A DNA stretch of 64,000 nucleotides, from the NCBI GenBank assembly GCA_036785375.1, contig JAWMAR010000003.1, positions 14,384,001 to 14,448,000 on the forward strand, read 5' to 3'. Below are positions 63,003 to 64,000 of this stretch, piece by piece. Position numbers and translations under genes: made by a program. The number at the start of each line of letters is the position of its first letter. Position 1 is the first letter of the stretch. The stretch is from Leucoraja ocellata. Lineage: Eukaryota. Under the pieces are notes generated by a model. The model did not search any database and was not told where the DNA came from. It saw nothing but the letters and a program-made list of their open reading frames with translations.

Positions 63003-63724
63003 CTGGGGGTGTTGATCTGGGGGTCCTTGTTCACCAGTCAATGAAATTAAGCATTCAGGTACAGCAGGCAGTGAAGAAAGCAAATGGCATGTTGGCCTTC
63101 ATAACACGAGGGGTTGAGTATAGGAGCAAAGAGGTCCTTCTGCAGTTGTACAGGGCCCTAGTGAGACCACACCTGTAGTATTATGTGCATTTTAGGTGCC
63201 CTAATTTGAGGAAGGACATTCTTGCTATTGAGGGAGTGCAGCATAGGTTTACAAGGTTAATTCCCAGGATGGCAGGACAGTCATATGCTGAGAGAATGGA
63301 CTGGGCTGGGCTTGTATACTCTGGAATTTAGAAGGATGAGAGGGAATCTTATTAAAACATATAAAATTATTAAGGGTTTGGACACGCTAGAGGCAGGAAA
63401 CATGTTCCCGATGTTGGGGGAGTCCAGAACCAGGAGCCACAGTTTAAGAATAAGGGGTAAGCCATTCAGAACGGAGATGAGGAAACACTTTTTCACACAG
63501 AAAGTTGTGAGTCTGTGGAATTCACTGCCTCAGAGGGCGGTGGAGGCCGGTTCTCGGGATACTTTCAAGAGAGAGCTAGATAGGGCTCATAAAGATAGCA
63601 GAGTCAGGGGATATGGGGAGAAGGCAGGAACGGGATACTGATTGGGTATGATCAGCCATGATCACATTGAACGGTGGTGCAGGCTCGAAGGACCGAATGG
63701 CCTATTCCTGCACCTATTGTCTAT
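63003..63724 (+). mobile_element. CR1 LINE 3' fragment
   Basis: DLGVLVHQSMK...GLYTLEFRRMRG; (ctattgt)n tail; flanked by tgtgtt. Confidence 0.9.
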
Positions 63725-64000
63725 TGTGTTTCACAGATGCGGTGGTATGCTTTGGATTTTGGGCAGTTCCTTCACTCCTCCATACTTTGCTCTTGCCATC
63801 ACTCAGATATAAGTTAATTTTCGTCTCATCTGTCCATGATCTTTTTCCAGGACTGCGGTTGCTCTTTTAAGTACATCTTGGCAAACTGTAACCTGGCCAT
63901 CCCATTTTTGCGTCTAACCAGTGATTTGCAACTTGCAATGTGGCCTCTGTATTTCTGTTCATGAAGTCTTCCGTGGACAGTGGTCATTGACAAATCCACA

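Larger units (their letters stand above)
61856..64000 (-). mobile_element. Tc1-like transposon (runs off the window) split by an L2 tail and a CR1
   Basis: TA|cagtgccctcca..tttgggacaaag TIR; transposase pieces resume at ~62882 and ~63725. Confidence 0.9.

Overview
Vertebrate genomic DNA, inferred to be a cartilaginous fish (skate/ray) from its HE1/V-SINE, CR1, Penelope and Deu-SINE repeats. The only intact host gene is pumilio 2 (PUM2) on the minus strand. I traced its last 16 coding exons (61448 down to the TAA at 15337, about 890 codons, including the complete PUM-HD) by GT-AG boundaries with continuous reading phase; the 5' exons lie beyond the window. An AT-rich 3' UTR follows, apparently interrupted by a Tc1 transposon. 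Introns and the downstream flank are full of decayed mobile DNA: three Tc1 copies (two with nested LINEs), a hAT element with an 8-bp TSD, Harbinger-type and pogo-type MITEs, Helitron-like elements, CR1/L2/RTEX-like LINEs, and Penelope ends with a hammerhead-like core. The most unusual feature is a roughly 6-kb intronic mosaic at 35.6-41.4 kb. Retrovirus-like pieces (integrase, env-TM-like, PPT/LTR start, a duplicated gag-like segment) are interleaved, all on the same strand, with intronless decayed fragments of host mRNAs: THBS2 (two pieces), ZNF276 and probably a RAB44/CRACR2-family gene. Family assignments come from my recall of protein motifs; no database search was run.
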